From assembly GCA_035283265.1 (NCBI GenBank), contig DATEUD010000049.1, forward strand, positions 1-60,778: 60,778 nt of DNA, read 5' to 3'. Shown piece by piece: positions 39,624 to 50,100 of the stretch (position 1 is its first letter; the number at the start of each line of letters is the position of its first letter). The notes under the pieces were generated by a model. That model had not been told where the DNA came from and did no database searches. It saw only the letters and a list, made by a program, of their open reading frames with translations. Source of the DNA: Nitrososphaera sp. (lineage in GTDB: Archaea > Thermoproteota > Nitrososphaeria > Nitrososphaerales > Nitrososphaeraceae). A program made the translations under genes and the position numbers.

Positions 39624-40928
39624 ATGGCAAACAACTGCTCTGTAGTCCTCCTGGAGCTTGGCGTGGCCGCGTTTGACCAGGGCGGCAGCCTCGTGGTGTC
39701 AAAAAAGTTCGACAATGCAATCAGGTCATACAGGCTGCTAAAGAGCGGCGCGACCCCTGACGAAATCAGGCCGTTCATTGAAAAGTTGCGCTCATTCGAC
39801 TCTGTAACAACAAACGACGCAAGCGTTGCGGCAGTGCTGCGGCAGGCAGGATTGAACAGCCAGCTGATGCCGGAGGACCAGCAGCAGTCGATCCAGGGCG
39901 GCAAGCCCGGCTTTATAGTAAAGGCCGGATTCGCCGGCAACGATCAGGACGCGATGCAGGTTCTCCGGGAATTTGCGATAAATCTGTCGTCGTCAAGGGT
40001 AAAGGAGGCCTCGGAGAGGCTCGACCTCCACATCATCCAGTCGATAAATGCGCTGGACGAGTTCGACAAGATAATCAACACAGTGGGCGCAAGGATGCGC
40101 GAATGGTACGGGCTCCATTTCCCCGAGCTTGACAACCTCGTGCAGAGCCTAGTCGCGTACGCAGAGATTGCAAGCAGGGCCGGCCTGCGGGAGAACATTA
40201 CCGCCGACATTTTGCAGAGCGCCGGCATGCAGGACAAGAAAGCCGAAATAATACTTGACGGGGCAAGGCGCAGCAAGGGAGGCGACATGACGCCGGAAAA
40301 CCTTGCAATAGTCAAGAGGCTTGCAGACCAGGTGATAGCGCAGTCGGACCTGCGCAGGGTTCTTGCAGATCACATCGAAGCCGCGATGGAGAGCGTGGCT
40401 CCAAACGTCAAGGAACTGCTGACCGCGTCAGTTGGCGCAAGGATAATCGCCAAGGCCGGCAGCCTAGCCAGGCTCGCGATGTTGCCGGCAAGCACAATCC
40501 AGGTGCTGGGCGCTGAAAAGGCGCTGTTCCGCGCGCTCAAGACCGGCGCAAGGCCGCCAAAGCATGGATTGCTGTTCCAACATCCTCTTATTCATTCCGC
40601 GCCAAAGTGGCAGCGGGGCAAGATTGCTAGGGCAATCGCGTCCAAGGTCGCAATAGCGGCAAGGATCGACTATTACCGCCACGAAGGAAAGGACAGCATG
40701 ATTCAGGATCGCCTGAATACCCGCATCAACGAGATCCGCGAAAAGTACAAGGAGCCGGTGCCCGAGAAAGAACGCGACAGGAAATACAGGGAGCACGTGC
40801 AGCGCCAGCAGTACGAAGGCGGCGCCGGTGGCGGCCGCCGGTACGGCGGTGGCGGCGCGGGAAGAGATAAAAGTGATATGAGAAAGAAGAAGGACAGAAG
40901 GAAGCGGTTTGAAAAGCGACGCTATTAG
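39624..40928 (+). CDS. nop5: C/D box RNP protein Nop5 (Nop56/58)
   Basis: REWYGLHFPEL, GAEKALFRAL, PKHG. Confidence 0.96.
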   Translation: MANNCSVVLLELGVAAFDQGGSLVVSKKFDNAIRSYRLLKSGATPDEIRPFIEKLRSFDSVTTNDASVAAVLRQAGLNSQLMPEDQQQSIQGGKPGFIVKAGFAGNDQDAMQVLREFAINLSSSRVKEASERLDLHIIQSINALDEFDKIINTVGARMREWYGLHFPELDNLVQSLVAYAEIASRAGLRENITADILQSAGMQDKKAEIILDGARRSKGGDMTPENLAIVKRLADQVIAQSDLRRVLADHIEAAMESVAPNVKELLTASVGARIIAKAGSLARLAMLPASTIQVLGAEKALFRALKTGARPPKHGLLFQHPLIHSAPKWQRGKIARAIASKVAIAARIDYYRHEGKDSMIQDRLNTRINEIREKYKEPVPEKERDRKYREHVQRQQYEGGAGGGRRYGGGGAGRDKSDMRKKKDRRKRFEKRRY

Positions 40929-41580
40929 GTGGATTTCGGCAAACGGCGAAAAAAACGCCGCCACCCTCAACCTCGTCAAGGGTAACAACGTTTACGGCGA
41001 AAAGCTGGTCAAATACGAGGGCGAGGAATACCGGCTTTGGGACCCATTCAGGAGCAAGCTTGCAGCCGCGCTGAAAAAGGGCATGAAAAGCATGCCAATA
41101 GAGAATGGCAGCAAAGTGCTCTACCTTGGCGCGTCCACCGGAACTACGGTCAGCCACGTATCTGACATTGTCGGGCCGTCCGGCATCGTGTTTGCAGTCG
41201 AGCCTGCGACAAGGGTGGCAAGAGAGCTCATTGAAAACGTCGCGTCAAAGAGGAAGAACGTGGTCCCGATACTTGAGGACGCAAGGAAGCCCAAGTCATA
41301 TTTTGCAGTGTTTGGCAAGGTTGACGTCGTATACTGCGACATTGCGCAGCCGGACCAGACAGAGATCGCGATAGCAAACTGCGCGGCCTACCTGAAGCAG
41401 GGCGGCGTCATGCTTTTGGTTGTGAAAACAAGGAGCATCGACGTTACGATGGAGCCGCGGGCAGTTGTGATGCAGGAAGCAAACAGGCTGGAAAAGAGCG
41501 ACTTTTCAATAGGCCAGATAATCAACCTCGAGCCCTTTGACAAGGATCACGGCATGATACACTGCATCTTCAAGCCCTGA
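40909..41580 (+). CDS. flpA: Fibrillarin rRNA 2'-O-methyltransferase
   Basis: WDPFRSKLAA, YLGASTGTTVSH, DIAQPDQ. Confidence 0.96.
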   Translation: MKSDAIRWISANGEKNAATLNLVKGNNVYGEKLVKYEGEEYRLWDPFRSKLAAALKKGMKSMPIENGSKVLYLGASTGTTVSHVSDIVGPSGIVFAVEPATRVARELIENVASKRKNVVPILEDARKPKSYFAVFGKVDVVYCDIAQPDQTEIAIANCAAYLKQGGVMLLVVKTRSIDVTMEPRAVVMQEANRLEKSDFSIGQIINLEPFDKDHGMIHCIFKP

Positions 41581-42235
41581 GCTTGCACTGGGCTTTCTGC
41601 TCAAGCAAGAGCCGGAGCGGCTTCCACGACTTTCTGGCAAATTCCGGCGCGGATCCTTTTTTCTTTACCCATCGCCGGATAAAGCGCATCGTCTGCTCGT
41701 CAGACGGGTAGCCGCTTCCTATGCCGCGGTACCTGTTGCGTATCTGCTGGACCTCCTGATCCCTGGTTATCTTGGCAATTATCGACGCCGCCGACACGAC
41801 GACATTGATCGCGTCAGCGTGGTGCATCGAGTGCATCTTTGGGCTGCAGATAAGGTGCTGCCCAATGTAATCTCTGTACCGTTCGGGGTTGACGTCGCAG
41901 CAGTCGACATATACTTCGTCAGCGCCAATATTGTTAATGACGGCAGCCATGACCTTCGCCTCCAGCCTGTTAAGGCCCCGGAACGACACGCTGTCGTCTA
42001 CTTCGGCAGGCTTTACCTTGCGTATGCAAACAGAATCGGCAACCTTCATTATCTCTCTGAAAAGCCGGGCGCGCCCCTTAGCGGTCAGCGCCTTGGAATC
42101 TCTGACGCCTATTTCAGAGAGCTGCGCCATTCTTGTTTCCCGGACGCTGACACCTGCGACAATTAGCGGGCCAATGATAGAGCCGCGGCCTGCCTCGTCT
42201 ACCCCGCCGACTAAGATACCATCGTGCAAGCGCAA
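41570..42235 (-). CDS. rnhB: Ribonuclease HII
   Basis: GVDEAGRG, DSK, SAASIIAK, GSGYPSD. Confidence 0.95.
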   Translation of the reverse strand: MRLHDGILVGGVDEAGRGSIIGPLIVAGVSVRETRMAQLSEIGVRDSKALTAKGRARLFREIMKVADSVCIRKVKPAEVDDSVSFRGLNRLEAKVMAAVINNIGADEVYVDCCDVNPERYRDYIGQHLICSPKMHSMHHADAINVVVSAASIIAKITRDQEVQQIRNRYRGIGSGYPSDEQTMRFIRRWVKKKGSAPEFARKSWKPLRLLLEQKAQCKLRA

Positions 42236-42338
42236 ATTTTATTCAATATGCTGATTTGCAGCGTATTTATTATCACTTGCGCTGGTAAAACAAGAATACG
42301 TGTTTCTGCTATAAATATTGCATCCGTGCAGTTCTCGC

Positions 42339-43472
42339 GTGGCTGATTTTGTCAGGACGGTGGAGGGGAGGACGACGTTCCTCGTTCCGCAATCGTCGCT
42401 CACCGCCAGGGTCCCGCCCAAGGTCCCAGCCTTCTTTAACCCTGCGGCAAAACTCAACCGTGACCTTTCAGTGCTTGCCTACAGGGCGTTTGCCCCGTTG
42501 CTTCCTGCCAAGACGTTTGCCGATTCCTTCACCGGCATCGGAGCAAGGGCCCTCAGAGTCGCCGTTGAAGTGCCGGAAATAGAGCAGGTCTACTGCAACG
42601 ACATCAATCCTATCGCGATAGAGGCGGCCAGAGAAGCGGCCAAAATCAACTCTGTAAATGATAAATGTCATTTTTCAATTGACGAAGTGTGCAAGTTCCT
42701 TTTGCACGGGGACAGCGAAGGCGAGCGCTTTGGCATAGTTGACCTTGACCCATTTGGCACACCTGCAAGGCACGTCGACTGCGTGCTGCGGGCCGTTCTC
42801 GACGGCGGGCTAGTGTCGATAACCGCGACCGACACGGCGGTGCTGTGCGGTATATACCCGGAGGTCTGCCTGCGCCGCTACTACGGCAGGCCGCTCAACA
42901 ACAGATACGGCAATGAAACTGCAATCAGATTATTGCTCTCACTTTTAGCGCTCACCGCCTCAAGGCTAGAGCTGGCAATCAAGCCGGTGTTTGTCCACGC
43001 CACGATGCACTACCTGCGCGTCTATGCTTCAGTCTCGGTGAGCAGCAGCGAGGCAAACGACGTGTACAGCAGCATAGGCTACGTGAAGCACTGCTTCCAG
43101 TGCGGCCACCGGTTCAAGGCAAAGGAATACGGCAATGCAAGATGCGAGTTGTGCGGAAGCGCGATGCGAACCGGAGGGCAGCTGTGGACCGGGCCGTTCC
43201 ATGACGGGGAGTTTGTGAAAAAAATGCTGGGCCTTGGCGCTGACAGGCAGTGCAAAAAGGTGCTTGACGCTGCGGCTGAAGAAGCAAGCGAAATCCCTTA
43301 CTATTTCAGGGCTGACGAAATCTCGGCGAAGCTCAGGACAAACCCTCATTCAGTGCAAAAGATAATCGAAAAGTTACAGTCTGCAGGCTTTGTCGCGTCA
43401 AGGGCTGCGCTCAACACGGGCGCGTTCAAGACGGACGCGAGGATCGATCAGATTCTAGAAGTTTTGAAATAG
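42339..43472 (+). CDS. trm1: tRNA (guanine26-N2)-dimethyltransferase
   Basis: FFNP...NRDLS, DLDPFG, TATD, zinc ribbon. Confidence 0.93.
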   Translation: MADFVRTVEGRTTFLVPQSSLTARVPPKVPAFFNPAAKLNRDLSVLAYRAFAPLLPAKTFADSFTGIGARALRVAVEVPEIEQVYCNDINPIAIEAAREAAKINSVNDKCHFSIDEVCKFLLHGDSEGERFGIVDLDPFGTPARHVDCVLRAVLDGGLVSITATDTAVLCGIYPEVCLRRYYGRPLNNRYGNETAIRLLLSLLALTASRLELAIKPVFVHATMHYLRVYASVSVSSSEANDVYSSIGYVKHCFQCGHRFKAKEYGNARCELCGSAMRTGGQLWTGPFHDGEFVKKMLGLGADRQCKKVLDAAAEEASEIPYYFRADEISAKLRTNPHSVQKIIEKLQSAGFVASRAALNTGAFKTDARIDQILEVLK

Positions 43473-43979
43473 CTAGTTGTTAATGGGCATGGCATTGACT
43501 GATTCGTCAACGAGATCCTGCCAGTTCTGAGTAAGCTCGGGATCGGGGTCGGTCCTGTCGCCGCCGTCTACTTTCTGCCCAAGTGCATTCAGGTACGCTC
43601 CATAGGCGTCAAGTGCTTGATTGTAAAGGTCGTAGCTCTCCTTCCATTCCTGCGCGGGCTGCCGGTTGTCAAGGTCCTGTCGCATTGTGTCTATCTGCGA
43701 TTTGGCAGAATCAAGCTGGGCTAATGTGTCGCTTACTACTGGATCATTGTTTTTCCATTGCTCAAACTTGGCATCAATGTCGGCGGCAAGGTCGTTGTGC
43801 CGGGCATACACGTCTGCGATCACCTCATTGTCGGTGAGGGGCGGCCCGAAGGCGCCTGGGCTGCTCTGGGGCACATACCATATCAGAAAGCTTGATCCAA
43901 TGATCGCTGCTCCAATGCCAATAGAGAGCACTACTCCCTTCTTGCTTGCCAAACCAGCATAGCTTTTTGTGCCCTCCAA
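43473..43979 (-). CDS. Membrane-anchored helical hypothetical protein
   Basis: Single N-terminal TM; start trimmed to avoid overlap with the FNR gene. Confidence 0.7.
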   Translation of the reverse strand: MEGTKSYAGLASKKGVVLSIGIGAAIIGSSFLIWYVPQSSPGAFGPPLTDNEVIADVYARHNDLAADIDAKFEQWKNNDPVVSDTLAQLDSAKSQIDTMRQDLDNRQPAQEWKESYDLYNQALDAYGAYLNALGQKVDGGDRTDPDPELTQNWQDLVDESVNAMPINN

Positions 43980-44024
43980 TAAAAAGGATATCAAAATATA
44001 TCTAAGCAATTCCACAGGTGGTAA

Positions 44025-44840
44025 ATGAGCTCCGGGCAGGCTCCGCCAAATGTCGGAAGGATAACGTACCGCGAGAACCTGACGCCGGATCTCGCGATAA
44101 TCCGGGTGCAGCAGGCAGACGGGAGCGAGGTGCCTGATTTCAAGGCCGGCCAGTTCGTGGCTCTTGGGCTCAAGGTTGACGGCGACGACAAAATCACATA
44201 CAGGGCTTATTCGCTGGCTTCGCCGCCCGAAGAAAAAAAGCATTTTGAATTCTATGTAAAGTGGGCCACCGAGCCGGTGATGGGCAAGTTTACAAGCACA
44301 CTCTTCAGGATGGGACAAGGCGATTCACTTTATTGGCGCAAGCCCGCCGGCGCATTTACCATCGAAGACAGGAAGGCAGACGGGACGCCGGAGACAAGGC
44401 GGCTGATACTGGTCGCGTCGGGGACCGGCCTTGCGCCGTTTGTGAGCTATGCTCTCCATTTGAAAATCGCCGGGTCGAAAAGGGAGATAGTACTATTACA
44501 CGGGGCGAAATATGCACAGGAGCTGGGCTACCGCGACGTCCTTGAGAGGATGGCCGCAAGCAACCCGAACTTTAAGTACCTGCCGACGGTGAGCAGGCCG
44601 GATCACCAGCTATCGCAGGGGTGGCGCGGGAGCACCGGCAGGGTGGAGATGCTGCTGGGATCGCAGCTAGAAAAAACAGTGGGCGAAAAAGTAACTCCAG
44701 AAAACTCGTTCTTCCACATTTGCGGCTATCAGGGGACGATCGACTCTGTGATCGCGGTCCTGAGCCCGCTCAGCTTTGTCACCAACCGGAGCAAGCGCAA
44801 GGACGGGTCGTTTGACATCAAAATAGAAACATATGGCTGA
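44025..44840 (+). CDS. Ferredoxin--NADP(+) reductase
   Basis: GQF, RAYSLAS, SGTGLAPF, SR, ICG. Confidence 0.9.
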   Translation: MSSGQAPPNVGRITYRENLTPDLAIIRVQQADGSEVPDFKAGQFVALGLKVDGDDKITYRAYSLASPPEEKKHFEFYVKWATEPVMGKFTSTLFRMGQGDSLYWRKPAGAFTIEDRKADGTPETRRLILVASGTGLAPFVSYALHLKIAGSKREIVLLHGAKYAQELGYRDVLERMAASNPNFKYLPTVSRPDHQLSQGWRGSTGRVEMLLGSQLEKTVGEKVTPENSFFHICGYQGTIDSVIAVLSPLSFVTNRSKRKDGSFDIKIETYG

Positions 44841-44879
44841 CAGCAACCCTCATTATACTGTGCCTTCATAAAACAGCAG

Positions 44880-45185
44880 TTGTCATTCGCTGCAAGGATC
44901 ACGCGCTATCAGGCGTCGATTATGGTGGATATCTGCGACCTTGACCTGATCGGAAGCAAGCTGGAGCAGGCCGGTCTTGTCATCGACCTTACAAGGGAAT
45001 ACTACCAGCAGGAAGTGATTGAGCTGCCATATGCTCAAGAGCTACTACAAAAGTGCGGCATTGCAAACCTAGTGGGTGACAGGATAGTAAAGCAGGCGCT
45101 CGACATGAAGCTGGCAAAAGAGGCAAGCCTACGAAAAATCTCTGGTGTGCCGTTTCTCATGATCTACAAGTTCCAGCACAGTTAG
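44880..45185 (+). CDS. DUF424 family protein
   Basis: ICD.DLIG, IANLVG, I.GVP. Confidence 0.8.
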   Translation: MSFAARITRYQASIMVDICDLDLIGSKLEQAGLVIDLTREYYQQEVIELPYAQELLQKCGIANLVGDRIVKQALDMKLAKEASLRKISGVPFLMIYKFQHS

Positions 45186-45295
45186 CCTAAACGTGAAAAA
45201 ATGATAAAATTCTGATACAGAAAGACGCGGCGACGCATGGATTATACAAATAGCTGTATCACTACACATAATAACAAAAGGTCGCCAAGTTTTAC

Positions 45296-46114
45296 ATGAT
45301 GTCAGAAGAGCATGACGAGCTGCCAAAAGAGGAGGGACAAAAGGCGATGGACAAAGCCGACCGCCGGCTGTCGCGCTTGGAGCGGGAGAGCAGGCTTCTT
45401 GTCAAGCGCTCTGAAGACTACCAGGTTTTTGACAATGTCTTTGACGTGTCGACGCTCATGGTCATCAACGACCTGAGGGACGACGGCGTTATACAGCAGG
45501 TTAGGGGCTCGCTTGCCGCAGGCAAGGAGTCTAAGGTATACATCGCCGTGGCGCCCGACGGATCGCTCCGCATACTAAAGATATACCTGACGGTAAGTGC
45601 CGAGTTCAAGAAGCGTATGCAGTACATAGCCGGCGACCCCCGGTTTTCCGACATAAAGCGCGGGTCGCGTAGCCTGATAGCTGCGTGGGCAAGGAAAGAG
45701 TTCAAGAACATGAAGGCCGCGCACTCCGCCGGCGTAAAGGTCCCGGCGCCAATAGCCGTGAAAAAGAACGTGCTTGTAATGGAGTTTGTGGGAGACAGCG
45801 AAGGCAATTCTGTGCCCCCGCTGGTAGAATCCGAGGTCACTTCCGACGATTACAATCAGGTGATCGAACAGGTGATATTATTGTACCAGAAAGCAAGGCT
45901 GGTTCATGCCGACCTGTCAGAGTACAACATTTTCAAGACCGGCAGCGGCATCATGCTGTTTGACTTTGGTTCCGCAGTCGACATCCAGCACCCAAATTCA
46001 AAACAATTTTTAATTCGCGATGTAATGAACGTAAACAGGTTCTTTGAGAAGCGTGGGATCGAGGTTCTCGATACCGCGCAGGCAGTACAAAAAATCAAAG
46101 GAGATATTAAATAA
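45296..46114 (+). CDS. rio1: RIO1 serine kinase
   Basis: GKESKVY, WARKEFKN, LVHADLSEYN, DFGSAV. Confidence 0.93.
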   Translation: MMSEEHDELPKEEGQKAMDKADRRLSRLERESRLLVKRSEDYQVFDNVFDVSTLMVINDLRDDGVIQQVRGSLAAGKESKVYIAVAPDGSLRILKIYLTVSAEFKKRMQYIAGDPRFSDIKRGSRSLIAAWARKEFKNMKAAHSAGVKVPAPIAVKKNVLVMEFVGDSEGNSVPPLVESEVTSDDYNQVIEQVILLYQKARLVHADLSEYNIFKTGSGIMLFDFGSAVDIQHPNSKQFLIRDVMNVNRFFEKRGIEVLDTAQAVQKIKGDIK

Positions 46115-46119
46115 TAATC

Positions 46120-46710
46120 ATGAGTTTCCAGCATACGATGAAAATCCCGAAAGAAAGGATAGGCGCCATCATAGGTAAGGGCGGGAAGGTAAAGCAGCAG
46201 ATCGAAAAGAAGTGCGGAGTGGAAATTGAGATCGACAGCGAGAGCGGCGATGCGACAATTTCCGGCAACAAACCGGTGGAGCAGATGGAGGCTTTCAGGG
46301 CGATAGAGGTGATAACCGCCATTTCAAGGGGCTTCTCGCCAGAGCGGGCGTACCGGCTCTTTGAAGACGAGGAAATAATGTTCCAGCAGATAGACCTGCA
46401 CGACTATGCCGGCAAGTCGCCAAACGCGCTCGAGCGCATCAAGGGCCGGATAATTGGTGAAGGGGGCAAGGCGCGCCGGATGATAGAAGAGCTGACCGGC
46501 TGCCACGTCTCTGTCTACGGCCACATGGTCGGCTTTATCGGCAATTTCAAGGAGGTAAAGCTCGCAACCGACGCAATAGTGATGCTTGCCAAAGGCAGCA
46601 TGCACAAGAGCGTCTACAGCATGCTGCAGGACGCAAGGAGGAGAAACAAGATGGACAGGATGCGACTGTGGGAAGACAGCTACGACGAAGTCAAACCTTC
46701 TGAATCTTGA
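46120..46710 (+). CDS. KH-domain RNA-processing protein (Dim2/Pno1)
   Basis: IGKGG, GFSPE, GRIIGEGG. Confidence 0.93.
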   Translation: MSFQHTMKIPKERIGAIIGKGGKVKQQIEKKCGVEIEIDSESGDATISGNKPVEQMEAFRAIEVITAISRGFSPERAYRLFEDEEIMFQQIDLHDYAGKSPNALERIKGRIIGEGGKARRMIEELTGCHVSVYGHMVGFIGNFKEVKLATDAIVMLAKGSMHKSVYSMLQDARRRNKMDRMRLWEDSYDEVKPSES

Positions 46711-47143
46711 TGGTGAGCACGCCGTTCCGGTACTTGTAGTCGGATATGCCCATTTCCTGCGTTAGCTCCAGCGGGACGTCTCTTGTAAAGTTCTGGCCGC
46801 CCTTGATGCGGAGCTGACCCTCTGTCAGCTTGACATTTATCTGGTCCTCCGGGCCGGGCACCTCTGCGACAAAAACCATCTCATCATTGTTCTTTATCAG
46901 GTCGTAGACCCAGTCCTTCTGATCAATTTCCATTGACATCGCCTTCTCTTCAGACCTTGCCATCATCCTTACCTCGCGTACCCAGTAGATCATGAGGCCG
47001 GACGCCGCTGCAAAGAAGATAAAGCCAATGCCTCCCTGCGAGCGGGCAAGCAGTACAAACATCACCCCGATGAACAGTAGCGCAATGAGCGGGACGATAA
47101 AGTCAACCGACCGGCTCGCGTACTTTTTCTTGTATCGGGCTAT
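46691..47143 (-). CDS. Membrane-anchored Hsp20/alpha-crystallin-like protein, likely non-canonical ATA start
   Basis: AEVPG, YRNGVLTIK; frame open to ATA 47143 with GGGGTGA 6 nt upstream. Confidence 0.75.
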   Translation of the reverse strand: MARYKKKYASRSVDFIVPLIALLFIGVMFVLLARSQGGIGFIFFAAASGLMIYWVREVRMMARSEEKAMSMEIDQKDWVYDLIKNNDEMVFVAEVPGPEDQINVKLTEGQLRIKGGQNFTRDVPLELTQEMGISDYKYRNGVLTIKIQKV

Positions 47144-47202
47144 TTGGGGTCACCCCATACCGGCATTTCTAAATGTAACTAGCACTGCGAGATTATAAAT
47201 CC

Positions 47203-47766
47203 TTATACAGTCTGGCCGCCCCACCGCTTGAAAAGTCCGTGGTCGATGTTGAACTGATCGAGGACCTTGCCCACCACGTGATCTATCAGGTCGTCCATCG
47301 TCTTTGGTCTGTGGTAGAACCCGGGCATCGCCGGCAGGATTACTGTTCCGGCATCTGCAAGCTTGGCCATGTTGTCAAGGTGTATTTTCGACAATGGAGC
47401 TTCCCTTGGCACCAGCACCAGCTTGCGCTGCTCCTTGATGCACACGCCTGCCGCCCTTGACACAAGGCTGTCGTCAAATGCGTTTGCGATGCTGGCAAGG
47501 GTCTTCATGCTGCATGGGACGACTGCCATTCCGTCTGTTTTGAACGAGCCGCTTGAAATCGGCGCGGCCATGTTGCTGTCTTCATAGCATCTCGTGGCAA
47601 GCGACCTGACATAGTCGGCAGTCCTGACGGTCTCTATCTTGATATTTTTTGCGCCCCACTCACTCATGATAAGATGCGTCTCAACCTTTAGCTTCTTGAG
47701 CACCTCCAGCGCCCTTATGCCGTAAATGACCCCGGATGCGCCGGTGATCGCAACGACTAGCTGCAA
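47203..47766 (-). CDS. ubiX: Flavin prenyltransferase
   Basis: ITGASG, ISSGS, PCSMKTL, PREAP, PGFYH.P. Confidence 0.95.
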   Translation of the reverse strand: MQLVVAITGASGVIYGIRALEVLKKLKVETHLIMSEWGAKNIKIETVRTADYVRSLATRCYEDSNMAAPISSGSFKTDGMAVVPCSMKTLASIANAFDDSLVSRAAGVCIKEQRKLVLVPREAPLSKIHLDNMAKLADAGTVILPAMPGFYHRPKTMDDLIDHVVGKVLDQFNIDHGLFKRWGGQTV

Positions 47767-47844
47767 CTGTGGATGATCGGCCCTGCTCGCTATTTAATGG
47801 TGCTGGCAAGCATTTATTTACGAAAAAATGCTTGTTCACGGGAG

Positions 47845-48747
47845 TTGCTGACAGTCTTTGGCACGGTGGCCCTTGACACCACCCGCACGCCTTTCCGGAC
47901 AGAGACCAGAATACTGGGGGGCGCGGCTACCTTTGCCTCCATTTCGTCAAGCATGTTTGCGCAGACGTCCATAGTCGGCGTCGTGGGGTCGGACATGCCC
48001 GCCGAACACGTCAGGGCGATCAGGTCAAAAGGGATCGACACAAAGGGTATCGTTACCGTGCAGGGGGGCAAGACGTTCCACTATGACTCGACGTTTGATT
48101 ACGACCTGTCAAACAGGGTTACGAACAGGACCGAGCTTGGGGTCTTGGCAGGCTTTGACCCGGTGATCCCGGAAGATTATGCAAAATCAGAATACGTGTA
48201 CCTTGCAAACAACGACCCAAAGCAGAACGTCAAGATCCTCAGGCACTTCCAGAGCCCCAAGCTGGTGGTATGCGACACCATAGAATTCTGGATAAACGGC
48301 AGCCGTGATGACGTCGTCAGGATGATAGGCATGGCAGGCGGCGTTGTGATAAATGACAATGAGGCGCGGCTCCTGTGCAAGGAGGCCAATTTGGCAAAGT
48401 GCGCCAAAAAGATAATGTCATGGGGGTCGAAATTTGCGATTATCAAAAAGGGCGAGCACGGTGCCGTTTTGTTTACAAATGATAATCAGGTGTTCCCGGC
48501 GGCCGCGTTTTTCCTTGATGAAATAGTCGATCCGACTGGCGCCGGCGACTCGTTTGCAGGCGGCTTCCTCGGCTACATTGCCCACAGTAACAAGTCTGAT
48601 TTTGCCACGATGAAAGAAGCAGTGATATATGGTAACGTCATGGGCTCGTTTGCAATTGAGGACTTTGGAGTAAAGCGCCTGCTGTCGATAACAAAGGATG
48701 ACGTTGAGGAGCGATACAGGAAATACCGCAACCTGGTGCAGTTCTAA
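47845..48747 (+). CDS. PfkB-family carbohydrate/nucleoside kinase
   Basis: GGAA, KKGEHG, DPTGAGDSFAGG. Confidence 0.92.
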   Translation: MLTVFGTVALDTTRTPFRTETRILGGAATFASISSSMFAQTSIVGVVGSDMPAEHVRAIRSKGIDTKGIVTVQGGKTFHYDSTFDYDLSNRVTNRTELGVLAGFDPVIPEDYAKSEYVYLANNDPKQNVKILRHFQSPKLVVCDTIEFWINGSRDDVVRMIGMAGGVVINDNEARLLCKEANLAKCAKKIMSWGSKFAIIKKGEHGAVLFTNDNQVFPAAAFFLDEIVDPTGAGDSFAGGFLGYIAHSNKSDFATMKEAVIYGNVMGSFAIEDFGVKRLLSITKDDVEERYRKYRNLVQF

Positions 48748-48782
48748 CACAGGATAAATAGTCGCCCGCCTAACTCTCTGGC

Positions 48783-49274
48783 ATGGGTAGGACAGGGAAA
48801 AAGATCCTTGGCACGACGACAGCCAAAACAATTGAGTTTCTAAAGAAAGCCTACTGCGACGAAATGCGAATTTTCCACTACTTTTGGTACGTCGGCATAA
48901 ACATGGAAGGCATTGGCCTCGTGACTTATGCTGCTGCGCTAAAGATGCAGGCAACGAGCGAGCTGACCCATGCGGAGCTGCTTGCAGACAGGATTTCAGA
49001 GCTCGGGGAAAAGGCGTCAAGAAATCCTGCAGAGTGGGCAAAGCACAGCACAATAGGGCCGCTTGACCCAGCAAAGCATCTCACGCTCAGGGCCGCGCTA
49101 GAGCGGGCAATGCAGTTTGAAGGCAAGGCCATCGAGAACTATAACAACCTTGCTAAGAAGGCGCTGGCGCTGAGCGACCATGTCACGTACAACCTCGCGA
49201 CCACGATACTGGCTGACGAGGTAAAGGACGAGCAGCACACCGAGGACATCCTCAAGGCGCTAGAAGTAAAATAA
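48783..49274 (+). CDS. Ferritin-like DPSL/bacterioferritin-type protein
   Basis: AYCDE, ELTHA..LADRI.ELG, E..AI..Y, ILADE. Confidence 0.82.
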   Translation: MGRTGKKILGTTTAKTIEFLKKAYCDEMRIFHYFWYVGINMEGIGLVTYAAALKMQATSELTHAELLADRISELGEKASRNPAEWAKHSTIGPLDPAKHLTLRAALERAMQFEGKAIENYNNLAKKALALSDHVTYNLATTILADEVKDEQHTEDILKALEVK

Positions 49275-49275
49275 C

Positions 49276-49638
49276 ATGGCAGTCAACCCCTCAAATATGG
49301 AGCAGGCCATCGTTTCGGAGCTCAAGATAAGCGAAGACGAGGCCAAGGCCTTTCTAGCGATAGTCAAGAAGGGCAAAATGGACACCACTAGATTATCAAG
49401 CGCGCTTTCCTGGGATGATGATCAGCGCGCCCTTGCGGCTGCAAAATCGCTTGTGGGCAGGGGCATGGTCATTGAAATAACGAAAACCGAATTTGAGTCC
49501 CTCCACCCGAGGTTTGCGATCACCAACCGCTACCGGAGGCGCTGCGAGGAGGACGGCGTACCCTTCAAGAAAAACCTCAAGGTCGACAACATTGGAATCG
49601 TCCTGGAAAAGCCGTACGAGGATGCAAGAACTAAATAG
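49276..49638 (+). CDS. TrmB-like wHTH protein
   Basis: L.ISE.EAKAF...L..RGMV pattern. Confidence 0.6.
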   Translation: MAVNPSNMEQAIVSELKISEDEAKAFLAIVKKGKMDTTRLSSALSWDDDQRALAAAKSLVGRGMVIEITKTEFESLHPRFAITNRYRRRCEEDGVPFKKNLKVDNIGIVLEKPYEDARTK

Positions 49639-49665
49639 GTGGCATCCTGCATCAAGAATATCGCA

Positions 49666-50100
49666 ATGACGACTTCAGACCCGACCGGCGGCGACAAGGT
49701 GGTCTACTTTGGGGTAATCAACATCAACGAGAACGGCAAGACCATGGGCTCGGTGGACATTTGGCGCAGCCTGTTGACAAAGGAAATGTTCTGTGAGGAA
49801 AAGCGCCTGGGCATTGAAGAAATCGTTGACTATATTGGCATGCCAAAAATCGAGAAGGACAAGAAGTGGGCCGTGGCGATAAGTAGGAACAGGAAGGGCC
49901 ACCTGCGCTGGCGGCTAGTCAAGATGATTAAAGAGGGCAAGCTCACGTTCAAGGATGCCGACGACAAGCCGATAGCGGTCAACGTCAAGGACCTTAAGAT
50001 CACAGACCACGAATGGTGGAGCTTCTTGGTCGAAGAGAACGTGAACCGCAACATGGAAGTGGAGGACAGGCCAAAAAATGATGCGCAAAGACGACGATGA
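49666..50100 (+). CDS. Hypothetical protein
   Basis: Operonic position, core codon usage. Confidence 0.7.
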   Translation: MTTSDPTGGDKVVYFGVININENGKTMGSVDIWRSLLTKEMFCEEKRLGIEEIVDYIGMPKIEKDKKWAVAISRNRKGHLRWRLVKMIKEGKLTFKDADDKPIAVNVKDLKITDHEWWSFLVEENVNRNMEVEDRPKNDAQRRR

